Source: Elusimicrobiota bacterium
Lineage (GTDB): Bacteria > Elusimicrobiota > Elusimicrobia > UBA1565
Length of the DNA stretch: 30,551 nucleotides
Direction: 5' to 3'
NCBI GenBank assembly: GCA_043819795.1
Contig: JBDREN010000092.1
Location: 1-30,551 of the forward strand
Shown: positions 18,545 through 29,116 of the stretch, one piece after another
Position numbering within the stretch: the first letter of the stretch is position 1
How the letters are laid out: each line of letters starts with the position of its first letter
Position numbers and translations under genes: made by a program
The notes under the pieces: model-generated
Seen by the model: only the letters and a program-made list of their open reading frames with translations
Databases searched by the model: none
Told to the model about the DNA's origin: nothing

Positions 18545-18974
18545 CCTTGCGCTTCTTCCCTTTGCCCTGCCCGCGCTCGAACCAGGCGCGGATGAAGTCC
18601 GCGATGGCGCCGGTCGGAGTGCCGGGGCCGAAGACCTCGGCGACGCCCATCTTCTTGAGCAGGGGGACGTCCTCGTCGGGGATGATCCCGCCGCCCACGA
18701 GAAGGACGTCCTTGAGTCCCGACTTCTTGAGGATCTCGGCGACCCTCGGGAAGAGCGTCATGTGCGCGCCCGAGAGCAGCGAGAGCCCCACCGCGTCCAC
18801 GTCCTCCTGGAGCGCGGTCCGGGCGATCATCTCGGGCGTCTGGCGTATGCCGGTGTAGATGACCTCGAACCCGGCGTCCCGGAGGGCGCGGACCACGACC
18901 TTCGCTCCCCGGTCGTGGCCGTCCAGGCCCGGCTTCGCGATCAGGACCCTGCAGGCTCTCTTTCTCGTCGTCAT
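18531..18974 (-). CDS. Methylmalonyl-CoA mutase cobalamin-binding subunit
   Basis: [10 protein letters not shown] (DxHxxG), SLLSGAH, GGGIIP, FGPGT. Confidence 0.95.
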   Translation of the reverse strand: MTTRKRACRVLIAKPGLDGHDRGAKVVVRALRDAGFEVIYTGIRQTPEMIARTALQEDVDAVGLSLLSGAHMTLFPRVAEILKKSGLKDVLLVGGGIIPDEDVPLLKKMGVAEVFGPGTPTGAIADFIRAWFERGQGKGKKRKDAPR

Positions 18975-18984
18975 GGCGCGCCGC

Positions 18985-20091
18985 CTACCAGATCCCGTGC
19001 TGGGTCTCGAGGAGCTCTACGGCCAGGTCCACGGCGTCGGGATCGAAGCGCGTGCCGCGGCCGCCCTTGATCTCGCGGACGGCCCCGGGGATCAGGTCCG
19101 TGCCCTTCAAGCCGGTGCTCATGCGGAAGTCCTCGAGGGCCTCCACCACGGCCAGGATGCGCGCCCCCTCGGGGATGTCGTCGCCGTTGAGCTTGTCCGG
19201 GAAGCCCGTGCCGTCGTAGTTCTCCTCGTGATGCCGGATGATCGGCAGGGCCCCCTCGATCATCTTGATGCCCTCGAGCATCTTGACCGACATCGCCGGG
19301 TGCTGCTCCTCGGTCGCGCTGAGTATCCCGGCGTCGGCCATCATCTTCGGGTTCTTGAAGCCCAGGTAGCCGATGTCGTGCAAAAGGCCCGCGTAGTACA
19401 TCATGCGGTATTTGTAGTCGTCGTAGCCGGCCGCGCGGGCCATGGCGCAGGCGAGGCGCGCGGAGCGGTTCGGATGGTCCATCATCCCCGGCTTGGCGAC
19501 CTCGATCATCCCGTCCAGGAGCTCGAGCACGTGCGAGAAGAAGTTCTTCTGGTCCTGGATGATCCGCGTGTTCGTGATCGCGACCGAGGCGAGGTTCGCC
19601 AGGCTCGAGAGCAGGCCGATATCCTCGGGGGTATAGGAACCCTCGCGCTTATTGAGCACCTCGGCCACGCCCACCAGATCGCCGCGGAAGAGCATCGGCA
19701 CGCACAACAGCGACCGGGTGATGAAGCCCGAGGCCTTGTCGAACTGGCCGGCGAAGCGCGGGTCCACGCTCGCGTCGACGACGACCTCGGGTTTCTGGTG
19801 CTGGGCGACCCAGCCCGCGATCCCCTTGCCGATGGGAAGCGTCATCTTCTTGAGCTTCGCCCCGGCCGAGCCCCCGGCCACCTTGAAGTAGAGGCTCTTC
19901 TTGTCGTCGGTGACGAGCATGATGGCGCTCGCCTCCGAGTTGAGAAGGCGCTCGGCCGCCAGGCCTATCTTCTCGAGGAGGAAGTCGAGGTCCGGCGTCG
20001 AGTTGAGCGAGCCCGCGATCGAGAAGAGCTCGAGGGCCAGGCTCGAGTCCTGGACCGGCGCGGCCTCCATGGATTGATGTTCGGGAGCCAT
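18985..20091 (-). CDS. GAF + HD-GYP domain protein with degenerate motifs
   Basis: TGATG overlap with pilB stop; [12 protein letters not shown]...TRSLLCVPM...[32 protein letters not shown]. Confidence 0.88.
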   Translation of the reverse strand: MAPEHQSMEAAPVQDSSLALELFSIAGSLNSTPDLDFLLEKIGLAAERLLNSEASAIMLVTDDKKSLYFKVAGGSAGAKLKKMTLPIGKGIAGWVAQHQKPEVVVDASVDPRFAGQFDKASGFITRSLLCVPMLFRGDLVGVAEVLNKREGSYTPEDIGLLSSLANLASVAITNTRIIQDQKNFFSHVLELLDGMIEVAKPGMMDHPNRSARLACAMARAAGYDDYKYRMMYYAGLLHDIGYLGFKNPKMMADAGILSATEEQHPAMSVKMLEGIKMIEGALPIIRHHEENYDGTGFPDKLNGDDIPEGARILAVVEALEDFRMSTGLKGTDLIPGAVREIKGGRGTRFDPDAVDLAVELLETQHGIW

Positions 20092-21885
20092 CACTTCTTC
20101 TCCTCCTCTTTCTCCTGCCCGCCGAGCACTTCGCGGACGGTGGTCCAGCCGAGCTTCACCTTCTCGAGCCCGTCCATCATGATCGTGCGCATGCCTTCCT
20201 CTTGCGCCACCGCGGCGATCCCCGCCGACGACATGGACTTCAGGCAGGTCTTGCGGATCTTGTCCGACATGACCAGCAGCTCGTGGAAGCCGACGCGGCC
20301 CTTGAATCCCGTGCCCTTGCAGACGTCGCAGCCCTTGCCCTTCTTGAACTTGTGCCCGTCCGGGAGCTCGACGTTGTTCTCCTTGAAGAGGAGGATATCC
20401 TCGGGCTTCGGGTCGGTATCCTCCGCGCATTCCTTGCAGACGCGCCGTCCCAGGCGCTGGGCCAGGATCGCCTTCATCGTCGAGGCCACCATGTAGACGG
20501 GCACGCCCATCTCCGCGACGCGGCTCAACGACGACGGCGCGTCGTTGGTGTGGATCGTGGAGAAAACCAAGTGGCCCGTCATAGCGGCCTCCATCGCGAT
20601 GTGCGCGGTCTCCCCGTCGCGGATCTCGCCGACCATGATGACGTCCGGGTCGAGACGCAGAAACGAACGCAGCGCCGACGCGAAGTCGAACTTCTTGTTC
20701 CCGCCGAGCTTGAGGTCCGGGTTGACCGGCACCTGCACGATCCCGTCGAGGTTGTACTCGACCGGGTTCTCGGCGGTCAGGATCTTGATGTCGGGCCGGT
20801 TGACGTAATTGAGCGCCGAGTAAAGCGTCGTCGATTTTCCGGAGCCCGTCGGGCCGCAGACCAGGATGAGGCCGAAGTTCTTCTTGCCGCCGATCCCTTC
20901 GAGCATGCCCAGCAACTGCTTGAGCGTGTCCGGCATGAACCCCATCTTGTTGATGTCCACCTGGATCGACCGCCGGTCCAGGATGCGGAGCACGGCCGAC
21001 TCGCCGTAGACGGTCGGGACGATCTCGACGCGAAACTCGATCGGGTTTCCGCTGGCCAGGATCTGGATGCGCCCCGACTGCGGGATGCGCCGCTCGGTCA
21101 GATTCATCGAGTTCGTGAGGATCTTGAGCTTGGCCGCGATGGCCTGCCGGTACGCCCACGGAATCTGGAAGGGCCCGGGGCGCAGCATGCCGTCCTGCCG
21201 GAAGCGCAGGAGGATCTTCGAGTCCTTGCCGGCCGGGTCCTCGAAGGGCTCGATGTGGATGTCGGAGGCGCCCTGCTGGAGCGCGGACAAAAATATGGCG
21301 TTGACCCACTTCTCGACCTCGGGCGCCCCCGCGTCCACCTCCGAGATGTCCGATTTGGGAACTTCCTTGGAAATCTCCCCGTCCGCGTCGGGCGGCCCGT
21401 CCTCGCCCCTCTGGACGTCCTCGATCATTTTGCTGAGGGCCTGCCCCTCGGCGCGGCCGTAGGCGGCGTTGAGCGCCACGACGATATCCCAGGGCATCGT
21501 GAGGTAGGCCTGGACCTCGAGTCCGGTGCGCAGGTGGATATCCTCGGACACGAAGAAGTCCTTGGGGTCGGCCATGGCCACGAAGAGGATGGACTCCTCC
21601 TTGGCGAAGGGCACCGCGTGGTGGCGGCGCGCCACGGCCTCGGGGATGATGGAGACGACCTCCTTGTCGGGCTCCATCTGGCTGAGGTCCACGGCCTTGA
21701 CCTTCCACTCCTCCGAGAGGACCTTGAGGAGCTTGGGCTTCTTCATGAGCTTCTCTTCGACGATCACCTGCTGGATCGTCTTGTCTTCCTTCTTCGCCTG
21801 CTCGCCGATCTTCTGGAGCTGCTCATCCGACAGGAGATTGCGCTCCTTGAGGATCTCCGCGACCGTCTTGCGGCGGACAAGTCCT

Positions 21886-21896
<11 letters not shown>
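20091..21896 (-). CDS. pilB: Second PilB/GspE family ATPase
   Basis: GGAG RBS before ATG 21896; ASDIHIEP, GPTGSGKST, DPDVIMVGEIRD, STIHTND, CKEC...CDVC. Confidence 0.92.
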
Positions 21897-23554
<1,658 letters not shown>

Positions 23555-23583
<29 letters not shown>

Positions 23584-23935
23584 CGTTGAACTCCAACTGA
23601 TCTCCCACGGCGACCGAGCCGTCCAAAGCCCCGCCGGCCAGCTCGAGCACGCTCCGTGCCGAGAACACCCACCGCGAGAGGCGCCAGGGCTTCAGGCGCT
23701 CCGCGATGTGGACGACCCTGAGCCGCTTGTCCAGGAAGAGCGCGTCGATGGGGAAGCGCATGAAGAAGGTGTGGATCATCGCGCAGGGATCTATCCACAG
23801 CCCCTCATCCGGGTCCATCCGCTCGCGCCCCAACAGGCCCTTGGCCCGCGCGTACGGGGTGTCGGCAAGCCGGACTTTTCGCGCAAGCGCGCGCCCGCGC
23901 GTACTGTTAAACGCTACAAAATAACCTTTCGCCAT
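23555..23935 (-). CDS. DUF192 family protein
   Basis: ADTPYARAKGLLGR, IHTFFMRFPIDALFLD, SVLELAGG, VGDQL. Confidence 0.9.
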
Positions 23936-23947
23936 GGCAATTCTGTC

Positions 23948-24009
23948 GCGGATCCGGCGAATTTGACCGCCCCTGCACACGTTTCTCGATTCAAATTCGC
24001 CGGATCCGC
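23948..24009. repeat. 19-bp perfect inverted repeat, 24-nt spacer
   Basis: GCGGATCCGGCGAATTTGA 23948-23966 / TCAAATTCGCCGGATCCGC 23991-24009. Confidence 0.9.
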
Positions 24010-24059
24010 CCTCCGCTCAAGAACAGCCCCAAGAGAAAATAGCGGCGGGGCCGGGCGGA

Positions 24060-25715
24060 TCAACGGATGACGGCCACGCGGGCGCGCTCCGAGCCGGCGT
24101 CGGTCGTGACCAGGATGATGTAGACGCCGGTGGCCACCGGAAGGCCGCTGTCGTTGGCGCCGTCCCAGGTGGTCTGGGCGCCGAGGTCGCGCACCATCTG
24201 GCCGTCGATCGTGTAGATCCGGATGCTCGCGCTCGTGCTCTGAAGGCCCCTCGGGATCGAGATGGTGGCCGTCCGGTGGGTCCCGGTCCGGAAGGGATTG
24301 GGGAAGGCGATGACCTTCTCGTCGCCCGCGAAGCCCGCCAGCGTGCCCTCGACCACGAGCTTCATCGCCCGGAAGGCGTTCACGCGCCCGGCCCCGGACA
24401 CGTTGCCCGAGGGCCGGGAGCCCGCGGCGAGGCCGAGGCTCGAAACGCCGATCCCGTCGGCCGAGTTGCGGATGGCCGCCTGCACCTGCGCGGGCGTGTA
24501 GGCCGGCTTCTCGGCCAGGATCAAGGCCGCCAGGCCGGAGACGATCGGCGCCGAGAAGGACGTCCCGGTGGCCCCGGCCGTGTAGCCGCCGCCTACGTCT
24601 GTCGTCACAAGGCTCACTCCCGGCGCCACGACACCGTTGCTGGCCAACTCGGTGCCGCGCGACGAGAAGCTGGCGATGTTGTCGTACTTGTCGGTCGCTC
24701 CCACCGGAATAACGTTGGAACAATTGCCCGGACTGTTCACGGCCCCTCCGTCGTTGCCCGCCGACACGACAATCACCATCCCGTCGCCGACCGCATTGTT
24801 GATCTCGGTCTGGATAAAGGCGTCCTGCCATCCGCACGTTGCGGCCCCACCGATGCTCATATTCACGACCACCTTGCCGAATTGAGGCTTGTTATGCAAA
24901 TTGAGCCGGGCGTAATTCAACGCCTTCCACATAGTCGTATCGTTGGTCACGCAGCCAGCGGTGAGAGGGCAGTCCCCTGGTGCTGGATCCGACGTCGGAT
25001 TGCACCCGCTGTGAGGAAACACCTTGATCGAGAACACCTTCGCGCGCCAGGAGACCCCGGAAACGCCGAAGCCGTTGTTCGTAGAGGCTGCGGCGACACC
25101 GGCCACCATCGTTCCGTGGTTGCACGCGAGCGGACCGGGATCGACGCCGCAGGTGCCGCTGTTGTTGACGTCGCAGAACTGAAACTGAGCCGACCCGACG
25201 AGCTTGCTCTGCAGATCCGGATGGGTCTTTTCGACGCCGGCATCCACGACGACGACAGTCACTGTACTGGAATCTCCAACCTCATACTCCCAGCCTGCGG
25301 GCGCGTTGATCTTCCCGAGATGGTACTGGGAGTCGAACATGGGATCGTTGGGGATCTTCGAGGGCCGGAAGACATTGTTGGGCTGGACGCGAACGACACC
25401 GGAAAGCCCTCGCAATTGGGTGAGCCCGACCGAGACGGGCACGCCGGGTGCCAATCCGACATGCGTCCAGCCCGCCGAAGGAAATTCCTCAATTCGCCGC
25501 GCGCCGATCGAAGCCAGGACCGCGTCACGCTCAGCCGGGGTCGTTTCGGCGCTGAATTGAATGACCGCCTCTTCAGAGACCACCTCGATCTCGGCCTGGA
25601 CACCGTTCGGGCGCACGTAGGACATCTTCTCAATTCGGATCGCCCGGGCCGGGTCCGCGCCCAGCAGGATCAATGTCGCGGCCAACGCCGGGATCGCAAA
25701 GCGGCTGTTCTTCAT
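24060..25715 (-). CDS. Secreted S8 subtilisin-like serine protease with C-terminal FlgD-Ig/secretion-tail-like domain
   Basis: Signal peptide MKNSRFAIPALAA; triad VVDAG, NHGTMVAG, GTSFSAP; FPNPF...IYTIDGQMVR...WDG...GVYI. Confidence 0.92.
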   Translation of the reverse strand: MKNSRFAIPALAATLILLGADPARAIRIEKMSYVRPNGVQAEIEVVSEEAVIQFSAETTPAERDAVLASIGARRIEEFPSAGWTHVGLAPGVPVSVGLTQLRGLSGVVRVQPNNVFRPSKIPNDPMFDSQYHLGKINAPAGWEYEVGDSSTVTVVVVDAGVEKTHPDLQSKLVGSAQFQFCDVNNSGTCGVDPGPLACNHGTMVAGVAAASTNNGFGVSGVSWRAKVFSIKVFPHSGCNPTSDPAPGDCPLTAGCVTNDTTMWKALNYARLNLHNKPQFGKVVVNMSIGGAATCGWQDAFIQTEINNAVGDGMVIVVSAGNDGGAVNSPGNCSNVIPVGATDKYDNIASFSSRGTELASNGVVAPGVSLVTTDVGGGYTAGATGTSFSAPIVSGLAALILAEKPAYTPAQVQAAIRNSADGIGVSSLGLAAGSRPSGNVSGAGRVNAFRAMKLVVEGTLAGFAGDEKVIAFPNPFRTGTHRTATISIPRGLQSTSASIRIYTIDGQMVRDLGAQTTWDGANDSGLPVATGVYIILVTTDAGSERARVAVIR

Positions 25716-26398
25716 TGCGGCTTGTTCTCCTTGCGGATGATGTCGAGGAGCTCGATGATGTCGCCCAGCTCGTAGTCGGCTCCCGAGATCTTCGTGTTGA
25801 AGTTGTCCCCGTACTTGGCCCAGGCCGTCTTGATGCCGAGCTTCTTGGCCCCGAGAATATCGCGCTCGGGCCAGTCCCCCACCATCATGGTCTCGCTCGG
25901 CTCGGTCCCGAGCACCTCGAGGGCCTTGCGGAAGGGCTTCGGGTCCGGCTTGACCACGCCGAAGTCCTCGGAGGTGATGATCTGGTCGAAGTAGTGGTGC
26001 AGGCCGAGCCCCACGATGCGCAGCCACACTTCCAGCTTCGGCGCGTCCGAGATCACGGTGCTCTTGATCCCCATCTTCAGGAGCTCGAAGAGCGTCATGC
26101 TCACGTGGGGATAGAGGGCCATGGTCCCGGTCTTGGCCCGGCGGTAGCCGACGATGCCGGCCGCCAGGAGCTTGGGGTCGATGCGGCCGAACTCCTTCTT
26201 GAGGAACTTGTCGAAGATCTTCTGGTCCTCGATCCCCTCTTTCCAGTACAGCTCGAACATCTTGTCCACCAGCTTCGACTTCTCGGCCTTGAGCCCGGCG
26301 TCGATCATCATCTCAACGGCCGCGTCCACGGCCGCGCGCTTGGTGCGCATGAAATCGGTCAGCGTGTTGTCGATATCGAAAATAACGCCCTTGATCAT
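25712..26398 (-). CDS. HAD-IA family hydrolase
   Basis: FDIDNTL, KPDP, MVGDWPERDILGAK. Confidence 0.92.
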   Translation of the reverse strand: MIKGVIFDIDNTLTDFMRTKRAAVDAAVEMMIDAGLKAEKSKLVDKMFELYWKEGIEDQKIFDKFLKKEFGRIDPKLLAAGIVGYRRAKTGTMALYPHVSMTLFELLKMGIKSTVISDAPKLEVWLRIVGLGLHHYFDQIITSEDFGVVKPDPKPFRKALEVLGTEPSETMMVGDWPERDILGAKKLGIKTAWAKYGDNFNTKISGADYELGDIIELLDIIRKENKPQ

Positions 26399-26439
26399 AA
26401 TGAGGTCCTCGGTCCGGTAAATTGTAGAATATCGCGAGG

Positions 26440-27540
26440 ATGAATGCTTTACCCCTCGACGACGTCCGGCGGATCGTGCTGCTCTGGATCGGCCGCCTCG
26501 GCGATATCCTGATCGCGACGCCCTTCATGGCCTCGGTCCGAGCCCGCTTCCCCGGCGCCCGCGTCACGCTGGTCACCGGGGAGCTCGGCGCCGCGGCCGC
26601 GCGCCTGGCGCCGGCCCTGGACGCGGTCCGGGTGCTGAGGCGCTTCCACCATCCCCTCGAGAACCTGCGGCTCGTCCGCGAGCTGCGCGCCCACGAGGCC
26701 GACCTCCTCGTCGACCTGAACTCGGCCCCCTCCCGCGCCTCGTCGACTCTGGCGCGGCTGGCGCGCGCGCGCGTCAAGCTGACCTTCGCGCGCGCACGGG
26801 GCGAGGGCGCCTACACCCACCTCATCGACGCTCCGTCGGAGACCGAGCACATGCTCGACCGCTACGCCCGGCTCGCCGAGGCCCTCGGCGCCTCCTACGA
26901 CCCGCGGCCCCGCGTCCGCGTCCCGGCCATCGACGCCCGAGCGGCCCGGGACCTGCTCAAAGACCTGGTCCCCCCGGGTGGCCCGCTTGTGTGCGTCCAC
27001 CCCGGGAACTTCAAGAAGTTCGACAACCGCTGGCCGGAGGACAAGTTCGTCGCCCTCGCCGCCCGCCTGAGCGCCGTCCCGGGCGTCCGGGTCTTCTTCC
27101 TGGCCGGACCGGGGGAAGAGGCGCCGGTGCGCGCGATAGCCGAGCGGCTGGAGACCTCCCTGCCGGTCGTTGGCCCCTTGTCGACCGGGGTGGCGGCGGG
27201 GCTGCTCAGCCAAGTGGACCTGCTGATCGCCAACGTCACGGGCACCGCCCACCTGGCGATCGCGACCGGAACGCCGACCTTCACCTTCCGCAGCCGCTAC
27301 ACGGATACCGTCTGGATGTCGCGGGGCAACGCGACTCTCATAGGCCCCGCGGCCAAAGACGCCCTGCCCCCCACCACGGAACGCGATCCCTCCCTGCGGG
27401 GGAGGGACGCGGACAGCCCGCACTTCTCGGTGGTGTCGGAGTCCTGGGAGTCCTGCCGGGACATCCCGGTGGACGCCGCCTGGACCGCCCTGCGGGGCGC
27501 CCTCGACGCCGTGCGCGAACGCGCGGGACGCATTCCTTAG
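26440..27540 (+). CDS. Glycosyltransferase family 9 (heptosyltransferase-like)
   Basis: LGDILIATP, VHPG...RWPEDKF, NVTGTAHLA. Confidence 0.88.
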   Translation: MNALPLDDVRRIVLLWIGRLGDILIATPFMASVRARFPGARVTLVTGELGAAAARLAPALDAVRVLRRFHHPLENLRLVRELRAHEADLLVDLNSAPSRASSTLARLARARVKLTFARARGEGAYTHLIDAPSETEHMLDRYARLAEALGASYDPRPRVRVPAIDARAARDLLKDLVPPGGPLVCVHPGNFKKFDNRWPEDKFVALAARLSAVPGVRVFFLAGPGEEAPVRAIAERLETSLPVVGPLSTGVAAGLLSQVDLLIANVTGTAHLAIATGTPTFTFRSRYTDTVWMSRGNATLIGPAAKDALPPTTERDPSLRGRDADSPHFSVVSESWESCRDIPVDAAWTALRGALDAVRERAGRIP

Positions 27541-28667
27541 GCGCCGTCCCCGGCCCGGAGAGAGAGAAGCTTCCGGTAATGCGCGTCGGTGGCGCGCACC
27601 ATGCACTCGATACTGAAGCGCTCCCGCACGACGCGGCGGCCCTCGGCCGCCTGGCGCTTGGCGGTCCGCGGATCGTCGAGCATCTCGCCGAGCACCCGCG
27701 CGAGGTCCGCCCCCGATCCCGCCGCGAAAAGCCTGCCGGTGACGCCCTCCCGGACGAGCTCCGCGTTGCCGCCGGCGTCGCTGGCCGCCACGGGCACCTC
27801 CATCGCGAGCGACTCGCGCAGCGCCCCCGATATCCCCTCTCCGCGGACCGCGGCGTTGACGCTGATGCCGCACACCGACAGAAGCCGGGAGATATCGGTC
27901 CGGAAGCCCAGCAGGCGCGCCGTCCCCTCGGGCAGCCCGGCCTTCCGCACGAGCTCGCGCATCGGCGCGCCGTCGGTGTCGCGGCCGGCGAAAAGGAAAA
28001 CGGCCTTCCTTCCCCGCCCCAGCATCCGGGCCGCCGCGTCGATGAGGATCGCCTGGCCCTTCCAATCGCTGTAGTTGGCGATCTTCCCGACCACGGGCAC
28101 GCCCTCGGGAAGCCCGAGCTCGCGGCGCATCGTCCCGTCGTCGGGGGCGGGCCGGAAGAGCTCGGTGTCCACGCCGCTTGGGATCGTCATGACCTTCCCG
28201 GGCGGCACGCCCCCGGCCACGAGCTCGCGGCCCACGGAATCGGCCACGGCGATGAACCCGTCGATCCGGGAGCTGCAATACTTCAAGCGGCTGAAGATGT
28301 TCTTCGGGATCGCGAACGAGACCCGCCGCGTCACGACGAAGGCCGGACGCCGCCGGGACAGGTAGAGCGAAGCCAGCCCGACCGCGTGCGCGCGCGGATG
28401 GTGGGCGTGGAGGATGTCCACCTCCTCGGACTCGAGGATCCTCGCGAGCCGCCTGGCCGTGATCAGGTCGTAGTCCTGTCGCGGGTGCAGGGGGATGTGG
28501 ACGATGCCCGCCTCGCGCGCGCGCCGCGCGACCTCGCCGTCCTCGGGGCTGGCCAGCTTGACGTCCCAGCCCAGGTCCCCGGCGCGCAGGCCCTTGGCCA
28601 GGTGAAGCAGCTGCGCGGCTCCTCCGGACCAACCTTGGCTCTCGCTGATGAAAAGGACCTTCTTCAT
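27537..28667 (-). CDS. Glycosyltransferase family 4
   Basis: SGGA, IPSGVD, WKGQ, EGISGALRESLA, GGNAELV...TG. Confidence 0.9.
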   Translation of the reverse strand: MKKVLFISESQGWSGGAAQLLHLAKGLRAGDLGWDVKLASPEDGEVARRAREAGIVHIPLHPRQDYDLITARRLARILESEEVDILHAHHPRAHAVGLASLYLSRRRPAFVVTRRVSFAIPKNIFSRLKYCSSRIDGFIAVADSVGRELVAGGVPPGKVMTIPSGVDTELFRPAPDDGTMRRELGLPEGVPVVGKIANYSDWKGQAILIDAAARMLGRGRKAVFLFAGRDTDGAPMRELVRKAGLPEGTARLLGFRTDISRLLSVCGISVNAAVRGEGISGALRESLAMEVPVAASDAGGNAELVREGVTGRLFAAGSGADLARVLGEMLDDPRTAKRQAAEGRRVVRERFSIECMVRATDAHYRKLLSLRAGDGA

Positions 28668-28693
28668 AAAGGCGCCTAAAGGCGTCAGGCTGA

Positions 28694-28722
28694 AACTTAT
28701 GAAACTTATTGGCTAAGGTCAA
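28694..28722 (-). promoter_or_regulatory. Putative sigma70 promoter of the GT4 gene
   Basis: TTGACC (28722-28717) - 17 nt - TAAGTT (28699-28694). Confidence 0.5.
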
Positions 28723-28900
28723 TCCTGCAAACGGGCGAGGGCGATGAAGGATTCGAGGCCGATATCTTCCGCACGGACGCATGACTTCCGCAAGGCTTCC
28801 TGAATCCTCCGCCTCTCCGACGGAGAGGCATTGGAGATTGGGGGTCCCATCAACAACCGTTATGTCCCCTCTGCCCCGCTTCGTGGGGGAGGAGGGGGGA

Positions 28901-29116
28901 TTACCTCTCCCGCAAGCGGGAGAGGTCGCGCTGAGCGCAGCGAAGCGCGGGTGAGGGTCGGTCGGGCAAGGTCTCTAGAATCGCCCCCGGCAAGCAATCC
29001 GTTTCCAGCAGGGCGTCGTTGTCCCAGAAGCGGAGGACCTGCCACCCCTTCGAGCGCAGGAAGGCGGTCCGTTTCTTATCGTACTGTTGGCGCTCTCGAT
29101 GCTGGCCTCCGTCTAG
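28901..29116 (-). pseudogene. DUF559 (Vsr-like endonuclease) 3' half, interrupted by IS701
   Basis: LDGGQH...DKKRTAFLRSKGWQVLRFW; begins exactly at the CTAG target site. Confidence 0.88.
28903..28957. repeat. BoxC-like palindromic repeat at the DUF559 3' end
   Basis: ACCTCTCCCGC-AA-GCGGGAGAGGT...GGGTGAGGG; degenerate hairpins also at 28811-28829 and 28865-28900. Confidence 0.8.

Noticed and set aside
15473..18595. 1040-aa plus-strand ORF and other long overlapping ORFs (178-2007, 18859-20496, 20202-22016, 26449-28782)
   Set aside because: Antisense or off-frame shadows of well-supported genes; expected in high-GC DNA; no recognisable motifs
18985..21708. 907-aa ORF suggesting a long N-terminal extension of GAF/HD-GYP
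   Set aside because: Extension is an off-frame reading of pilB; the real start is the TGATG overlap at 20091
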